The notes beneath the pieces are model-generated. The model was not told where the DNA came from, did not search any database, and saw nothing but the letters and a program-made list of their open reading frames with translations. A stretch of 64,000 nucleotides of DNA from Pseudomonadota bacterium (lineage in GTDB: Bacteria; Bdellovibrionota; Bdellovibrionia; Bdellovibrionales; SG-bin7): contig JAWXAY010000075.1 in NCBI GenBank assembly GCA_034439715.1, forward strand, positions 1,040-65,039, given 5' to 3'. A program made the position numbers and the translations under genes. Shown piece by piece: positions 10,542 to 21,108 of this stretch; the first letter of the stretch is position 1, and each line of letters starts with the position of its first letter.

Positions 10542-11596
10542 TGGCAAACATGGCTCAAGCCATCCGTATGGCGCTCCATTATGCCGAAGAGAATTTAAAT
10601 GTTACCGATATATTTGGTGAAGATGTCGGGGCCCCTATGGGCGGCGTGTTTACCTGTACCCAAGGCTTAAAAACAACTTGGAATAGCCCGCTCGATGAAC
10701 GTGGGATTATAAACGCAGCGATTGGCATTGCGATGGCAGGTGACCGTTGCGTAGCCGAGATTCAGTTTTGCGATTATATATTTAATACCATTGATTTGTT
10801 AAAACACGCCGGAAATATGCATTGGGTTTCAAACGGAAACTTTTCTTTGCCTCTGGTCGTAATGACGCCAGTAGGAGCGGGAATTCGCGGTTCCATTTAC
10901 CATAGTCATAGCTTTGATGCTTGGGCCACTCGCTTAACGGGATGGAAAATCGTCATGCCATCTACCCCCATTGATGCCTATGGACTATTACTGTCGGCGA
11001 TTAAAGACCCCAATCCTGTTTTATTTATGATGCCCAAAGCCCTACTGCGCGTGAAGGGTGAGCTAAGAATTCCAGGTGAGCCGGACGACGACCGCGAATT
11101 AAAAAACAGAATCGACGCTCCTGTTGGCGATCGCAGTCAGTGGAAGCCCAGGTGGCCACAGTTGACAGATTACTCACTACCGATTGGTAAAGCACGTGTG
11201 ACTCGCGAGGGGACGGCGGCGACGGTTGTGAGTTACGGCCGACACTTATTGATCTGTAATGAAATCGCCGACACGTTAAAATCCGAAAACATCGCTATTG
11301 AAGTGATCGATATGATGAGTTTGATGCCGTATGACTGGAACACTATTAAAGCCTCAATAGCAAAAACAAAACGGGTAGTTTTTATCAATGAAGACACCGA
11401 GGTCACAAATTTTGCAGAACACCTGTCTCAGCGCGTGGTCACCGAAATGTTTTATGAACTTTTGGCGCGTCCTCGGATAATTGCCGGTAAGAATGTTCCT
11501 GGAATTGGGCTACACCCCAATTTAGAGGACGCATCTGTTCCACAAAGACATGATATTAAACGAGAGATATTAGAATTAATTAACGAAGTTCCTTAA
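10541..11596 (+). CDS. 2-oxoacid dehydrogenase E1 beta
   Basis: GEDVG...GGVF, AEIQFCDY, YHSHS; start overlaps alpha stop (TAATG). Confidence 0.92.
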   Translation: MANMAQAIRMALHYAEENLNVTDIFGEDVGAPMGGVFTCTQGLKTTWNSPLDERGIINAAIGIAMAGDRCVAEIQFCDYIFNTIDLLKHAGNMHWVSNGNFSLPLVVMTPVGAGIRGSIYHSHSFDAWATRLTGWKIVMPSTPIDAYGLLLSAIKDPNPVLFMMPKALLRVKGELRIPGEPDDDRELKNRIDAPVGDRSQWKPRWPQLTDYSLPIGKARVTREGTAATVVSYGRHLLICNEIADTLKSENIAIEVIDMMSLMPYDWNTIKASIAKTKRVVFINEDTEVTNFAEHLSQRVVTEMFYELLARPRIIAGKNVPGIGLHPNLEDASVPQRHDIKREILELINEVP

Positions 11597-11616
11597 TTTT
11601 TTTTGGGAGGTAGTTT

Positions 11617-12090
11617 ATGTTTCAGGTTGTTATTTTTTTAGGAATTCTAGTTGGCTTAAGCGCTAATGCTGCCGACAGCTCATTTGAAGTTGTTGTCGCG
11701 AACTACGAACCAGCAAGCCATTCGATAAAATATGAACTCTTCGCAAAGAATTGCAAAGAGGCCGCTACGGTTGGTGAGGCTGTTGCTAAATGCAACCCAA
11801 ATGGTACTCTTGACGTGACTGTTCCAGCAACATGCAATGCCGGGGATGGGGGGTTTCGTAGTCCGGGCAAATCCTTCTCTATAGCCAATGACTCATTAAA
11901 AGCAGCGGCGATAGAGTGTGGTAAGGGGACTATTTTTGTAAAGGCGGATGATGTCGAAGTTCCAAGGTCAGTTGGAGTCACTTTAAGCGATATCGAAAAG
12001 GCTTTTGCAGCTCGCGACAAAGAGCGTGAACCTAAAAGTACTTTGAAAAGCCGTAAGGGTGAGAACATCAATGAGGGATCGAGCCACTAG
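11617..12090 (+). CDS. Secreted hypothetical protein with four Cys
   Basis: SD GGGAGG; signal peptide ending ANA; no recognised domain. Confidence 0.7.
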   Translation: MFQVVIFLGILVGLSANAADSSFEVVVANYEPASHSIKYELFAKNCKEAATVGEAVAKCNPNGTLDVTVPATCNAGDGGFRSPGKSFSIANDSLKAAAIECGKGTIFVKADDVEVPRSVGVTLSDIEKAFAARDKEREPKSTLKSRKGENINEGSSH

Positions 12091-12103
12091 GGCTTCGAGA
12101 GCA

Positions 12104-12427
12104 CTATTGGGTATTTTGCGCGAGCCACTTCAAATACGAGCGAGAGCCCTTTGCTAATGGCAACATTACCACACACGGGCACTCATAGCTATGAAGCCCG
12201 ATAATTCGTTTTTCAACCCGTGTATAGTTCGTAGAACGAGTTTTAAAAATCACTCCGACCTCACGTGAGGTTTCAATTTTACCCTTCCAGCGATAAACAG
12301 ATTCCATGCCTGAAAAAATATTAGCGCAGGCCACAAGTTTTTCAGAAACCAACACGCGAGAAATTCGCAAAGCTTCTTTTTTATTTTTAACAGTGGTGTA
12401 GATCCAACAAAATTTGACCGAAGCCAT
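12104..12427 (-). CDS. cutA: Divalent-cation tolerance protein CutA
   Basis: LVACANI, SVYRWKG, HSYECP motifs. Confidence 0.93.
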   Translation of the reverse strand: MASVKFCWIYTTVKNKKEALRISRVLVSEKLVACANIFSGMESVYRWKGKIETSREVGVIFKTRSTNYTRVEKRIIGLHSYECPCVVMLPLAKGSRSYLKWLAQNTQ

Positions 12428-12428
12428 G

Positions 12429-13472
12429 TTAGTCGGCGCCCTGCTTAATTTGGTCTTGACGTTTTTTGTGAATTTCTTGTGCGTAACGTCTCATGGCGGC
12501 GATGTTATCCATCTCATCGTCTATTTCTACGCCAAGTAAAGTTTCAATAGCGTCCTCAAGGGTCACTATTCCCGTCATTTTATTGTGATCGTCTAAGACA
12601 ATAAATAAGTGGCGGTTTTTTAATATAAATTGGTCTAAAACCTGTGCGACAGAAAGATCTTCATGCACAAACTCAACTCTGGTCATGAGGTCACGAATTA
12701 AGGTATTGTCGTGATCGCGACTGGCGGCTTCCATAATACGAAACCTGTGAACAACGCCAACAATGCCATCAAGATCATTAGAAAAAACGGGCGTTCGTGT
12801 AAAACGAAGTAGTTTTTGATCTTTCATGACCTGATCAACGGTATATTCGGCCGAAATTGCCAAAACATCGCCACGCGGAGTTAAGATATCTGCGACTAAT
12901 ACTTTACCGAGCAACAACATATTTTTGATAACCACGGACTCATTTTTGCGGAGCGAGCCCTCAGAGGCACCAATTTCTGCAGTTTCAATAATTTCGGCAC
13001 GCGAGGTAATCATCGGCTTCTTTCCGCGAAATAAAAACACCAGTTTTTCGAGTAAAAATACCAACGGAAAAAACAAGAAAATTAATCCTTGAATGAGGTA
13101 CGCAGCTAACGGTGCAAATTTTTTCCAATGTATGGCACCCAAAGACTTAGGAATTACTTCTGAAAAAACAATAATGGCTAGAGTTAAGAGGGCTGAAGCA
13201 ACGGCGACATATTTATCACCAAAAAGTTTCAGAGCCTGTGCGCCCACTCCCGTGGCGCCACCCGTATGGGCTAACGTATTGAGAGCAAGAATGGCGATAA
13301 GGGGGCGGTTGATGTTTGCCTTAAGGCGGTTGAGAATGCGACCACTTCGGTTTCCCTTTTTTTTGGAAACCGAAATAAAGGCTGGCTGGACGGACAGCAT
13401 AACTGCCTCTAGCAATGAGCATGTAAAGGAAATTAAAAGTGTGACTAGTATGATTACAAAAAATGTGACCAT
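12429..13472 (-). CDS. CNNM (DUF21) plus CBS-pair protein, HlyC/CorC family
   Basis: CSLLEA, SEVIPKS, tandem CBS domains with GIVTLED. Confidence 0.92.
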   Translation of the reverse strand: MVTFFVIILVTLLISFTCSLLEAVMLSVQPAFISVSKKKGNRSGRILNRLKANINRPLIAILALNTLAHTGGATGVGAQALKLFGDKYVAVASALLTLAIIVFSEVIPKSLGAIHWKKFAPLAAYLIQGLIFLFFPLVFLLEKLVFLFRGKKPMITSRAEIIETAEIGASEGSLRKNESVVIKNMLLLGKVLVADILTPRGDVLAISAEYTVDQVMKDQKLLRFTRTPVFSNDLDGIVGVVHRFRIMEAASRDHDNTLIRDLMTRVEFVHEDLSVAQVLDQFILKNRHLFIVLDDHNKMTGIVTLEDAIETLLGVEIDDEMDNIAAMRRYAQEIHKKRQDQIKQGAD

Positions 13473-15580
13473 TATTTGTTTTCAGCAGCTCTTTTCTCTT
13501 GGTATTTTTTAACCAGCTCATCTTGATATGTCTTTGGGCAAGCCGAGTATTTTTTAAATTCCATAGTAAATTCACCTTTGCCTTGCGTACAACTGCGTAA
13601 GTCAGTCGAGTAGCCAAACATTTCTGTCAGCGGCACTTCGGCTTCTACAACGACGTAGGATTCAGTGTTCTGAGTGCCCATGATTACCCCGCGGCGTTGG
13701 TTAATTTGACCGAGTACGCTGCCTTGGAATTCCTCGGGAGCAGAGGTCTCAAGTTTCATGACTGGTTCCAGTGCTGTCGGCTGGGCGTGGCCAAAACACT
13801 CACGAATCGCTGCCATAGAACAAATGCGGAAAGCCATCTCACTAGAATCCACATCATGATAAGCGCCGTCATTTAAGGTAACTCGCACGCCCACTGTGGG
13901 AAAGCCGATAAGATTTCCTTTTTCGAGCTGTTCCTTAAAGCCTTTTTCACAAGCCGAAATAAACTCGCGAGGAATGCGGCCACCTGTGATGTCATCGACA
14001 AACTCAAAATCCTTGCCAGCATCGGCGGGTAGAGGCTCAATAAATCCACAGACTTTAGCATATTGACCCGATCCACCTGTTTGCTTTTTATGGGTGTAAT
14101 CAAAATTGGCTTTTTTAGCAATTGTCTCACGGTAGGCTACCTGAGGTTTGCCGGCGACAACTTCGACTTTAAATTCGCGCTTCATGCGTTCAATGTAAAT
14201 CTCTAAATGTAGTTCTCCCATTCCAGAAATAATGGTTTCACTTGACTCCTCGTCACGGTGCACGCGGAAGGTGGGATCCTCACGTCGAAACTTAGTGAGT
14301 GCTTTTGAAAAATTACCACCTTGAGTTTTGTCTTTGGGAGAAACCGCCAGAGAAATAACCGCTGCGGGAATATACATAGATGTCATAGTGTAGTTGACTT
14401 CGCCATCTGTAAAAGTATCACCCGTAGAGCATTCTACTCCAAAGAGGGCCACTATATCACCGGCATAGGCCGCGTCGATTTCTTCCATTTCAGCAGCGTG
14501 CATTTTTACAAGGCGAGGAATTTTTACCTTGCGACCGTTGACGACATTAGTAATAAAGTCGCCCTTTCTTAAAGTACCTTGATAAACGCGCATGTAGGTC
14601 AACTGTCCATATCGACCATCATCAAGTTTAAAGGCCAATGCCACTAAATGTTTATTGGGATCACACGCGAGATCAACTTTTTCTTCTTTTTTGTCTTGAT
14701 CGAGTGCGAAGTTTTGAATTTCAGGAGGGCTTGGTAGGTAGTCCTCAACGCCATCTAAGAGTTTTTGCACACCTTTGTTTTTATAGGCCGAGCCGCAAAA
14801 AACAGGGACAAATTGTAAACTAATAGTACCCTTGCGGATGGCGCCTCTAATTTCTGCTTCAGTTGGATCTTCTTCCATTAAAAATTTTTCACCAACTGTT
14901 TCATCATAGTCCGCCACGTTGCCAATCATTTCTTTGCGGTATTTTAAGGCCTGTTCCATGAGATCTTCGGGAATTTCCTTTTCGACGGTTTCAAGACCAT
15001 CTTTGCCTTCAAAATGGTAGGCCTTCATTTTTACTAGGTCGATCACACCTTTGTGGTTTTCTTCTAGTCCAATGGGAATTTGAATAAGCGCAGCATTTAA
15101 ATTAAGTTTTTCACGAATCATTCCTAATACACGAAAGGGATTGGCGCCGGCACGATCAAGTTTATTGATGAAAGCAAGCCTTGGCACTTTGTAGCGACGC
15201 ATTTGTCGATCTACCGTGATGGATTGAGACTGCACGCCCGACACGCCACAAAGGACTAGTATAGCTCCGTCGAGTACTCGTAGCGACCTTTCGACTTCAA
15301 TGGTGAAGTCCACGTGTCCAGGAGTGTCGATAATGTTGATTTCTATGTCTCTCCAGTGAACGTTGGTGGCTGCTGATTGAATTGTAATGCCCTTTTCGCG
15401 TTCGAGGTCCATCGAGTCCATGGTGGCGCCGACGCCATCTTTTCCTCGGACTTCATGCATTTGGTGAATTCGACCAGTGTATAAAAGAATTCGCTCGGTG
15501 AGTGTGGTTTTCCCTGAGTCGATGTGGGCTGAGATACCAATGTTGCGAACTTTATCAATGGTCCATTCTTTAGTCGCCAT
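13472..15580 (-). CDS. fusA: Elongation factor G (spd/mitochondrial EF-G1-like subtype)
   Basis: [51 protein letters not shown]. Confidence 0.97.
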   Translation of the reverse strand: MATKEWTIDKVRNIGISAHIDSGKTTLTERILLYTGRIHQMHEVRGKDGVGATMDSMDLEREKGITIQSAATNVHWRDIEINIIDTPGHVDFTIEVERSLRVLDGAILVLCGVSGVQSQSITVDRQMRRYKVPRLAFINKLDRAGANPFRVLGMIREKLNLNAALIQIPIGLEENHKGVIDLVKMKAYHFEGKDGLETVEKEIPEDLMEQALKYRKEMIGNVADYDETVGEKFLMEEDPTEAEIRGAIRKGTISLQFVPVFCGSAYKNKGVQKLLDGVEDYLPSPPEIQNFALDQDKKEEKVDLACDPNKHLVALAFKLDDGRYGQLTYMRVYQGTLRKGDFITNVVNGRKVKIPRLVKMHAAEMEEIDAAYAGDIVALFGVECSTGDTFTDGEVNYTMTSMYIPAAVISLAVSPKDKTQGGNFSKALTKFRREDPTFRVHRDEESSETIISGMGELHLEIYIERMKREFKVEVVAGKPQVAYRETIAKKANFDYTHKKQTGGSGQYAKVCGFIEPLPADAGKDFEFVDDITGGRIPREFISACEKGFKEQLEKGNLIGFPTVGVRVTLNDGAYHDVDSSEMAFRICSMAAIRECFGHAQPTALEPVMKLETSAPEEFQGSVLGQINQRRGVIMGTQNTESYVVVEAEVPLTEMFGYSTDLRSCTQGKGEFTMEFKKYSACPKTYQDELVKKYQEKRAAENK

Positions 15581-15707
15581 GTCTACATTCCCCTTAAAAT
15601 ATTGCCCAGAGTTTAGTCATTATTAGTTTAGCCATGACTCCAACCAGGCAAGTTGTTAAATTAGGTGCCACATTACAAGATTTACGTTCCAAAAGTCAAA
15701 GGTATGA

Positions 15708-17114
15708 GTGGAGAAACTCTCTGTTTTAAAAGAAGTATTTGGCTATTCAGAGTTTCGTGGCGAGCAAGAGGCGATTATCGATGCCGTGCTCCAGCGAAAA
15801 AATAGCCTTGTTATCATGCCGACGGGAATGGGCAAAAGTCTTTGCTATCAGTTGCCCGCGCGTATTTTGGGCGGACTTACGTTGGTGGTTAGCCCTCTAA
15901 TTGCACTTATGAAAGACCAGGTAGACCAAATTAGTAGGCAAGGATTTCGAGCCGGATTTATTAATTCCAGCCTCGATCGTGGGGCCCGAGAAAAATCCTA
16001 TCTTAAGCTTTCGCAAGGTGAGTTTGAAATTCTTTACGTAACCCCAGAGAGATTTCGAAAGCCTGAGTTTTTGAGCGCGCTCAAAAAAAATGCCATTAAA
16101 CTTCTAGCAATTGATGAAGCCCATTGTATTTCTGAATGGGGCAATGACTTTAGACCGGATTATTCCCGTCTTGGCGAGATTCGCAAGAGTTTAGGTGCGC
16201 CCCCTACGATGGCCTTAACTGCCACGGCTACCCCTGAAGTAAGAGAGGATATCTTAAAGCAGTTAGATATTAGAGAAGGTGCCCAGATTTTTATTTATGG
16301 AATTGAGCGACCTAATCTTTTTGTCAGAGTGACCGATTTGCACGGATTTGAGAGCAAATTGAAGCGTTTTTTAGAAATTAGAAAGACTCAAAGTGGTGCA
16401 ATGATTCTTTATTTTTCACTAGTTTCTACACTTGAAGAATTTTCTCGCGCTCTCGATAAAGCGCAGATGCCGCATGTTACCTATCATGGTCAGCTCCCAC
16501 AAAATATTCGACGAAATAATCAAGAAATGTTTTTAGCCTCTCAAGAGGGGCTCATTTTAGCGACTCCGGCTTTTGGTTTAGGCATTAACAAAGAAAACAT
16601 TCGCAGCGTAGTTCATGGGGAACTGCCGGGATCGATCGAGTCTTTTTACCAAGAAATCGGTCGCGCCGGAAGAGATGGTGACGAGGCATACTGTGAACTA
16701 TTATACGATCAGGACGACATCACGATTCAAATGGATTTTATCAAGTGGTCGAATCCCGATCCTAATTTTATTACTGCCACTTATCGTTTGATTAAAAATA
16801 ATACGGCGAGATTTAAGCAACAGGGTCTTGATTATCTACGCGGGCAGATGAACTTTTATAACAAAAGAGACTACCGAGTTGAGACAGCCGTAAATCTTCT
16901 CAAGCGATGGGATTGCATTGGTGAGACCTTTCAGGATCCGTCAGGTGAATTTGTCGAGAAAACATTGTTTGAAAAGCGCATTAGAAATCAGAATAAAAAA
17001 CTTTTGGATTTAGTCCAACTGATAAAGTCTGAGGACTGCCGAAAGAAAATCATTTATGCTTATTTTGGCGTAAATTCTATTGATTGTGGTCGTTGCGATA
17101 ACTGTAAAGGTTAA
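15708..17114 (+). CDS. recQ: RecQ family helicase (short form, no HRDC)
   Basis: MPTGMGKS, DEAHC, QEIGRAGRDG, C-terminal CR...CGRCDNC Zn site. Confidence 0.92.
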   Translation: MEKLSVLKEVFGYSEFRGEQEAIIDAVLQRKNSLVIMPTGMGKSLCYQLPARILGGLTLVVSPLIALMKDQVDQISRQGFRAGFINSSLDRGAREKSYLKLSQGEFEILYVTPERFRKPEFLSALKKNAIKLLAIDEAHCISEWGNDFRPDYSRLGEIRKSLGAPPTMALTATATPEVREDILKQLDIREGAQIFIYGIERPNLFVRVTDLHGFESKLKRFLEIRKTQSGAMILYFSLVSTLEEFSRALDKAQMPHVTYHGQLPQNIRRNNQEMFLASQEGLILATPAFGLGINKENIRSVVHGELPGSIESFYQEIGRAGRDGDEAYCELLYDQDDITIQMDFIKWSNPDPNFITATYRLIKNNTARFKQQGLDYLRGQMNFYNKRDYRVETAVNLLKRWDCIGETFQDPSGEFVEKTLFEKRIRNQNKKLLDLVQLIKSEDCRKKIIYAYFGVNSIDCGRCDNCKG

Positions 17115-17121
17115 ATCTGGC

Positions 17122-17817
17122 ATGAGTAAAATAGACTTTCCTGATCCCAGTTTAGCAGACGAAAATGGTATCCTAGCTCTGGGCGGAAATTTTGAAGTCG
17201 AGACATTGCAATTGGCCTACTCAAAAGGAATCTTTCCATGGCCACAGGCGGGTCACACTTTTTTGTGGTTTTCTCCCAAAAACAGAGGCGTGATTTTGTT
17301 TAAGGATTTTCATGTGCCCAAAAGCCTAAAAAAGGAAATGAAAAAAGGCGCTTATCGATTTACTTTCAATAGAGCTTTTGAGCAAGTCATTAAGTATTGT
17401 GCCATTTCGCCACGAAAAACTGAGGCTGGATTAGAGCTAGGCACTTGGATTACTCCGGAAATCATTACCGCTTATTTAGATTTTCATAAAACGGGCTTTG
17501 CGCATTCGCTCGAATGCTGGCACGGCGATGAGCTGGTGGGGGGCCTTTACGGAGTGTGGGTGTCGGGGGTTTTTATGGGAGAAAGCATGTTTTTTTTAAA
17601 ACCTAATACTTCAAAAATGTGTGTGGTAAAATTAGCCGAATTTTTAATGTCAAAAGGACACGAGTGGATGGATACACAAATGGTGACTCCCGTCGTGAAA
17701 CTTTTGGGTGGAAAATACATTTCTCGGACTCGGTTTTTATGTTTACTGTCAGAGGCACAAAGGAAATTTCCGTATGAATCTTTAAAACCGGCGCTCGCCC
17801 CAGGGGACGATTTTTAG
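17122..17817 (+). CDS. aat: Leucyl/phenylalanyl-tRNA--protein transferase
   Basis: AYSKGIFPW, TWIT, AHSLECW, LVGGLYG, GESMF; start set at ATG 17122. Confidence 0.95.
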   Translation: MSKIDFPDPSLADENGILALGGNFEVETLQLAYSKGIFPWPQAGHTFLWFSPKNRGVILFKDFHVPKSLKKEMKKGAYRFTFNRAFEQVIKYCAISPRKTEAGLELGTWITPEIITAYLDFHKTGFAHSLECWHGDELVGGLYGVWVSGVFMGESMFFLKPNTSKMCVVKLAEFLMSKGHEWMDTQMVTPVVKLLGGKYISRTRFLCLLSEAQRKFPYESLKPALAPGDDF

Positions 17818-18354
17818 GTTGTTGTAGTTGCCTCGAGGTTGGGTCAAAAAATAAAATATAAATACTATGCCAAGAATGCAGGCCAAGTAGAGTAAAGCTA
17901 GCTTAGAGTAACTACGAAGCCAAGCCACTTTTTCTTTTACTTTAGTCTTTTTAAATTGTTCTCGGAGCACTTCAAATTTCTTGTTGAGGCCATGGTTGAG
18001 TTGCTTTCTGTGTCCGCGAGTTAGATTCATAAAGGTCACGGCGACAATAACATTGCGCTCGGGGTATTTCCATAAGTCTCGTCGTGGGATCTCTTCGATG
18101 CGAATCACACGGCTAAAGCACGCCATTTGTTCTTTGCTTGGTACTTCGAATTCAATCATGATGTTTTCGCCAAGGCGGGGAATGTGGTCGCGATTTACTA
18201 AGAAGGCCATGCCGGACTCGGACATATCAATAATCATGGTGCCAACGGACTTTCGATTTGTCAGTCCATGCGCGAAGCGAATAAACTGATTGTCCTCTGG
18301 ACGCAAAATGTATCTGGGTGCGCGCGTCACCCAACGTCTGGCCGAATTCGACAT
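17782..18354 (-). CDS. PilZ-domain protein with C-terminal TM helix
   Basis: RAPR plus DMSESG motifs; hydrophobic LALLYLACILGIVFIFYFL. Confidence 0.8.
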   Translation of the reverse strand: MSNSARRWVTRAPRYILRPEDNQFIRFAHGLTNRKSVGTMIIDMSESGMAFLVNRDHIPRLGENIMIEFEVPSKEQMACFSRVIRIEEIPRRDLWKYPERNVIVAVTFMNLTRGHRKQLNHGLNKKFEVLREQFKKTKVKEKVAWLRSYSKLALLYLACILGIVFIFYFLTQPRGNYNNLKIVPWGERRF

Positions 18355-18374
18355 TTCTACTCCTTACAGTACTT

Positions 18375-18402
18375 TGATCGGTATTGCTTGGCCCAAACTT
18401 TA
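18375..18402 (-). promoter_or_regulatory. Sigma-28 (FliA) promoter of the PilZ gene
   Basis: Minus strand TAAAGTTT-N12-ACCGATCA, then SD AAGGAG and ATG at 18354. Confidence 0.65.
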
Positions 18403-18457
18403 GATGGGGAATTCAGGCTTAACTTGCTAGATTTTGAGAATATCCCAAAATGGTACT

Positions 18458-19246
18458 ATGGCTAAAACTCCAGCGGAGAAAAATTCAAAAGGGCCTATCG
18501 CCAAAATTCGAAGGAGGATTTATCAAGCCAAGATCACACTGATGGTGGTTGGCATCTTAGTGTTTGGTAACTTTGCTCTTCAATTAATTCGAAAACCAAC
18601 AGAGCTCTTAAGCTTTCTTGGCCTCTCCAGTAAAAAAACTCCCCGCTCAACTTGGTACACTTACGGCGAGGATTTTTTAAAAAATGCGACACCTATAGTT
18701 ACTGCCGATTTTCTGGCTGCCATTGCCCAAGTCGAAAGCGCGGGTGACCCGGTCGCCCAGCCGGCGTGGACCATGAATTTATCTCGCGAATTTTTTCGTT
18801 GGTACTCACCTGCCTCGAGTGCCGTAGGCCTAATGCAAATTACTGAGGGTAACTACCAAGAAGCTAAAAACCTTTGTATTCGAGGTGGCCAAGTTGTTCG
18901 TGCCGGGCTCTGGTATGAGGCCGATTCCTGCTGGTTTAACTCATTATATTCTCGGATACTGCCTTCGCACTCCATAGAAATGGCAGCCGCATATATGCAC
19001 TTTCAGGTTGAAGCCATTCTAAAAAAGCTCAAAAAATCTGAAGTGGCCATTGAAGAAAAACAACGACTTGCGGCCATTATCCATCTTTGTGGCAAAGTAC
19101 GCGGATTTACTTATGCCAGCGATAACTTTAGTTTTAGACGATTTCAGACCTGTGGTTCTCACGATGCTCGCTCTTATCTAGCTAAAGTTCTTCGGTATAA
19201 GAGTCTGTTTTTAGGACTGATGTTAGGTGCGGGCTCACTAAGATAA
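18458..19246 (+). CDS. Membrane-anchored lytic transglycosylase (SLT domain)
   Basis: N-terminal TM helix; AIAQVES catalytic Glu; SSAVGLMQI. Confidence 0.85.
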   Translation: MAKTPAEKNSKGPIAKIRRRIYQAKITLMVVGILVFGNFALQLIRKPTELLSFLGLSSKKTPRSTWYTYGEDFLKNATPIVTADFLAAIAQVESAGDPVAQPAWTMNLSREFFRWYSPASSAVGLMQITEGNYQEAKNLCIRGGQVVRAGLWYEADSCWFNSLYSRILPSHSIEMAAAYMHFQVEAILKKLKKSEVAIEEKQRLAAIIHLCGKVRGFTYASDNFSFRRFQTCGSHDARSYLAKVLRYKSLFLGLMLGAGSLR

Positions 19247-19338
19247 TCTCGTTTTGGGCCGAGTACATTAGGAGATCTCGCCAAAATATAAGGCCAAATT
19301 GCCTGTTGGTGATATACGATGATTATATAGGGGATCAA

Positions 19339-19962
19339 ATGCCAAAACAAATTAAAATCCTGCCAATTTTTCTTTTAAGTTTTATGGGTCTGAATTCAGC
19401 AAGCGGGAAGCTGTTCAAACATTCGGCCAATTACAATACTGCGCCTTGGTCTTATCACGCCATTGTTGCTGGCGGAGATTTTGAAAATCAACATTCTCAC
19501 AGCACTTTTGCCTCGATGTTGGGTGATTCTAAAATTCAGTATTATTCGCTGTCGGATTTTTTTGAAAATTATGGTACGGGGCTGCATATCGCTCATATTG
19601 AGAAAAATAGATTTACCTCTGCGACTGATGGTTACTGGAAGATTGCGCCTGTACTAAGGTTTACGGTTCCTAAAGATGGCAATCTAAATTTGAGTGGACA
19701 ATTTAGTAAAGTAAAAGGTTCTTGTGTTAAATCAACTTTAAAAGGTGAAAGTCAAAAATTAGCCATTGCTCACAACAAGCAGGTTTTGTTTAAAGATGAT
19801 CTGACATTTCAAAAATCAAACAGCAAAGCCTTCAAAATAAAAATAAGAGTAAAGGCGGGCGATACCGTTGACCTTTCGGCTTTCAGCCTATGTCAAGTGA
19901 CGGTGGATCCTATTGTGAAATTGACACCTATAAGAAGCAAAATTTTGGTAGCTGGCTTTTAA
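19339..19962 (+). CDS. Secreted beta-sandwich hypothetical protein
   Basis: SD AGGGG before ATG 19339; signal peptide; FTVPKDG...VKAGDTVDL pattern. Confidence 0.65.
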   Translation: MPKQIKILPIFLLSFMGLNSASGKLFKHSANYNTAPWSYHAIVAGGDFENQHSHSTFASMLGDSKIQYYSLSDFFENYGTGLHIAHIEKNRFTSATDGYWKIAPVLRFTVPKDGNLNLSGQFSKVKGSCVKSTLKGESQKLAIAHNKQVLFKDDLTFQKSNSKAFKIKIRVKAGDTVDLSAFSLCQVTVDPIVKLTPIRSKILVAGF

Positions 19963-19983
19963 TCTCGTTTAGGGCTTGGCACT

Positions 19984-21105
19984 TTACGAGACACCATTTA
20001 GAACTTCACGATACAGTTCTTGGTGGGATTCCACCATTCTCTCTAAACGAAATAGATCATGAAAGCGTATTTCAGCGTTGGCGCTCATGCGCGCGCGCAG
20101 ACTATCATTGCCCAAGATTGTGTTGAGCGCCATGGCGAGACTCACGTGATCTTTTGGCGGCACAGTGAGGCCCGTGACGTTTTGTACGTTAACCGATTTC
20201 ACTCCCGACGGAATGTCCGTGGTCACCAATGGGCAGCCGCAGGCTAGACCTTCTATGAGACACATGCCAAAGGCTTCACGCTCGTCAATCGAGGGGAGCA
20301 CTACGACATCGGCCAAATGGTAAAATACACCCAAATCATGTCTCGGAAAATTTCTAAAAAAATGCACCTTATTTGTTAAACCCAAGCTGTGAGCCAGGGT
20401 CTGCAGCGCTTTTTGTTCGGGCCCATCGCCGACCAATAATAAAACGGCATCAACCCTTTTCATAGCCCGAATCAAATACGCCAAGCCCTTATACTCGACA
20501 AGGCGGCCTACATAAACAACAGTTTTTGTATTAAAATTGTTTTTGAGCTGATCAAACATCTGTTGGAGCGATGGCGTAAGTGCAAAACTTTTTTTGTTAA
20601 TGCCAAACGGAATAACTCGACATTTATTTTTGAAATCTCTCAAAACCGGAGAGTTATCGACAAGTTCAAAACTCGAAGTAATGATGGCGCGCGCCTGTGC
20701 AAGTTGTTCGCGTAAAAGGGGGAGGTAAAGCCGATTGAGCCATGGGTAACTTAAAACATCGCAATGATAGGTAATGACATAAGGGACTTTAGTTTTTCTC
20801 AATGCCAATGTCGCGAGTGGATTTGGTAGGTGCACGTGTAATAAATCGGCATCTAAAGACTTAGCCCGCTTCATAAAAGAAAAAGAAATGGGAGTAGAGG
20901 CAATTTCAAAAGGGCGAGACATTTTGTAAACTGGTACACCGTTCACAAAGTGAATTTCATTGTGTGGTGTTGTACCAGTTACAAGACATTTTACGTTAAA
21001 TTCACGTTTGTCGATACCCGTCGTAAGGTCATAAAGTACAGATTCCATACCGCCAGAATGTGGCGGAAAATACTTACCAACTTGAATTAATTTGGCGGGT
21101 GACAT
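19984..21105 (-). CDS. Glycosyltransferase family 4 (GT-B)
   Basis: KYFPPHSGGME, HVHLPNP, VGRLVEYKG, EAFGMCLIE (EX7E). Confidence 0.92.
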   Translation of the reverse strand: MSPAKLIQVGKYFPPHSGGMESVLYDLTTGIDKREFNVKCLVTGTTPHNEIHFVNGVPVYKMSRPFEIASTPISFSFMKRAKSLDADLLHVHLPNPLATLALRKTKVPYVITYHCDVLSYPWLNRLYLPLLREQLAQARAIITSSFELVDNSPVLRDFKNKCRVIPFGINKKSFALTPSLQQMFDQLKNNFNTKTVVYVGRLVEYKGLAYLIRAMKRVDAVLLLVGDGPEQKALQTLAHSLGLTNKVHFFRNFPRHDLGVFYHLADVVVLPSIDEREAFGMCLIEGLACGCPLVTTDIPSGVKSVNVQNVTGLTVPPKDHVSLAMALNTILGNDSLRARMSANAEIRFHDLFRLERMVESHQELYREVLNGVS

Positions 21106-21108
21106 AGT

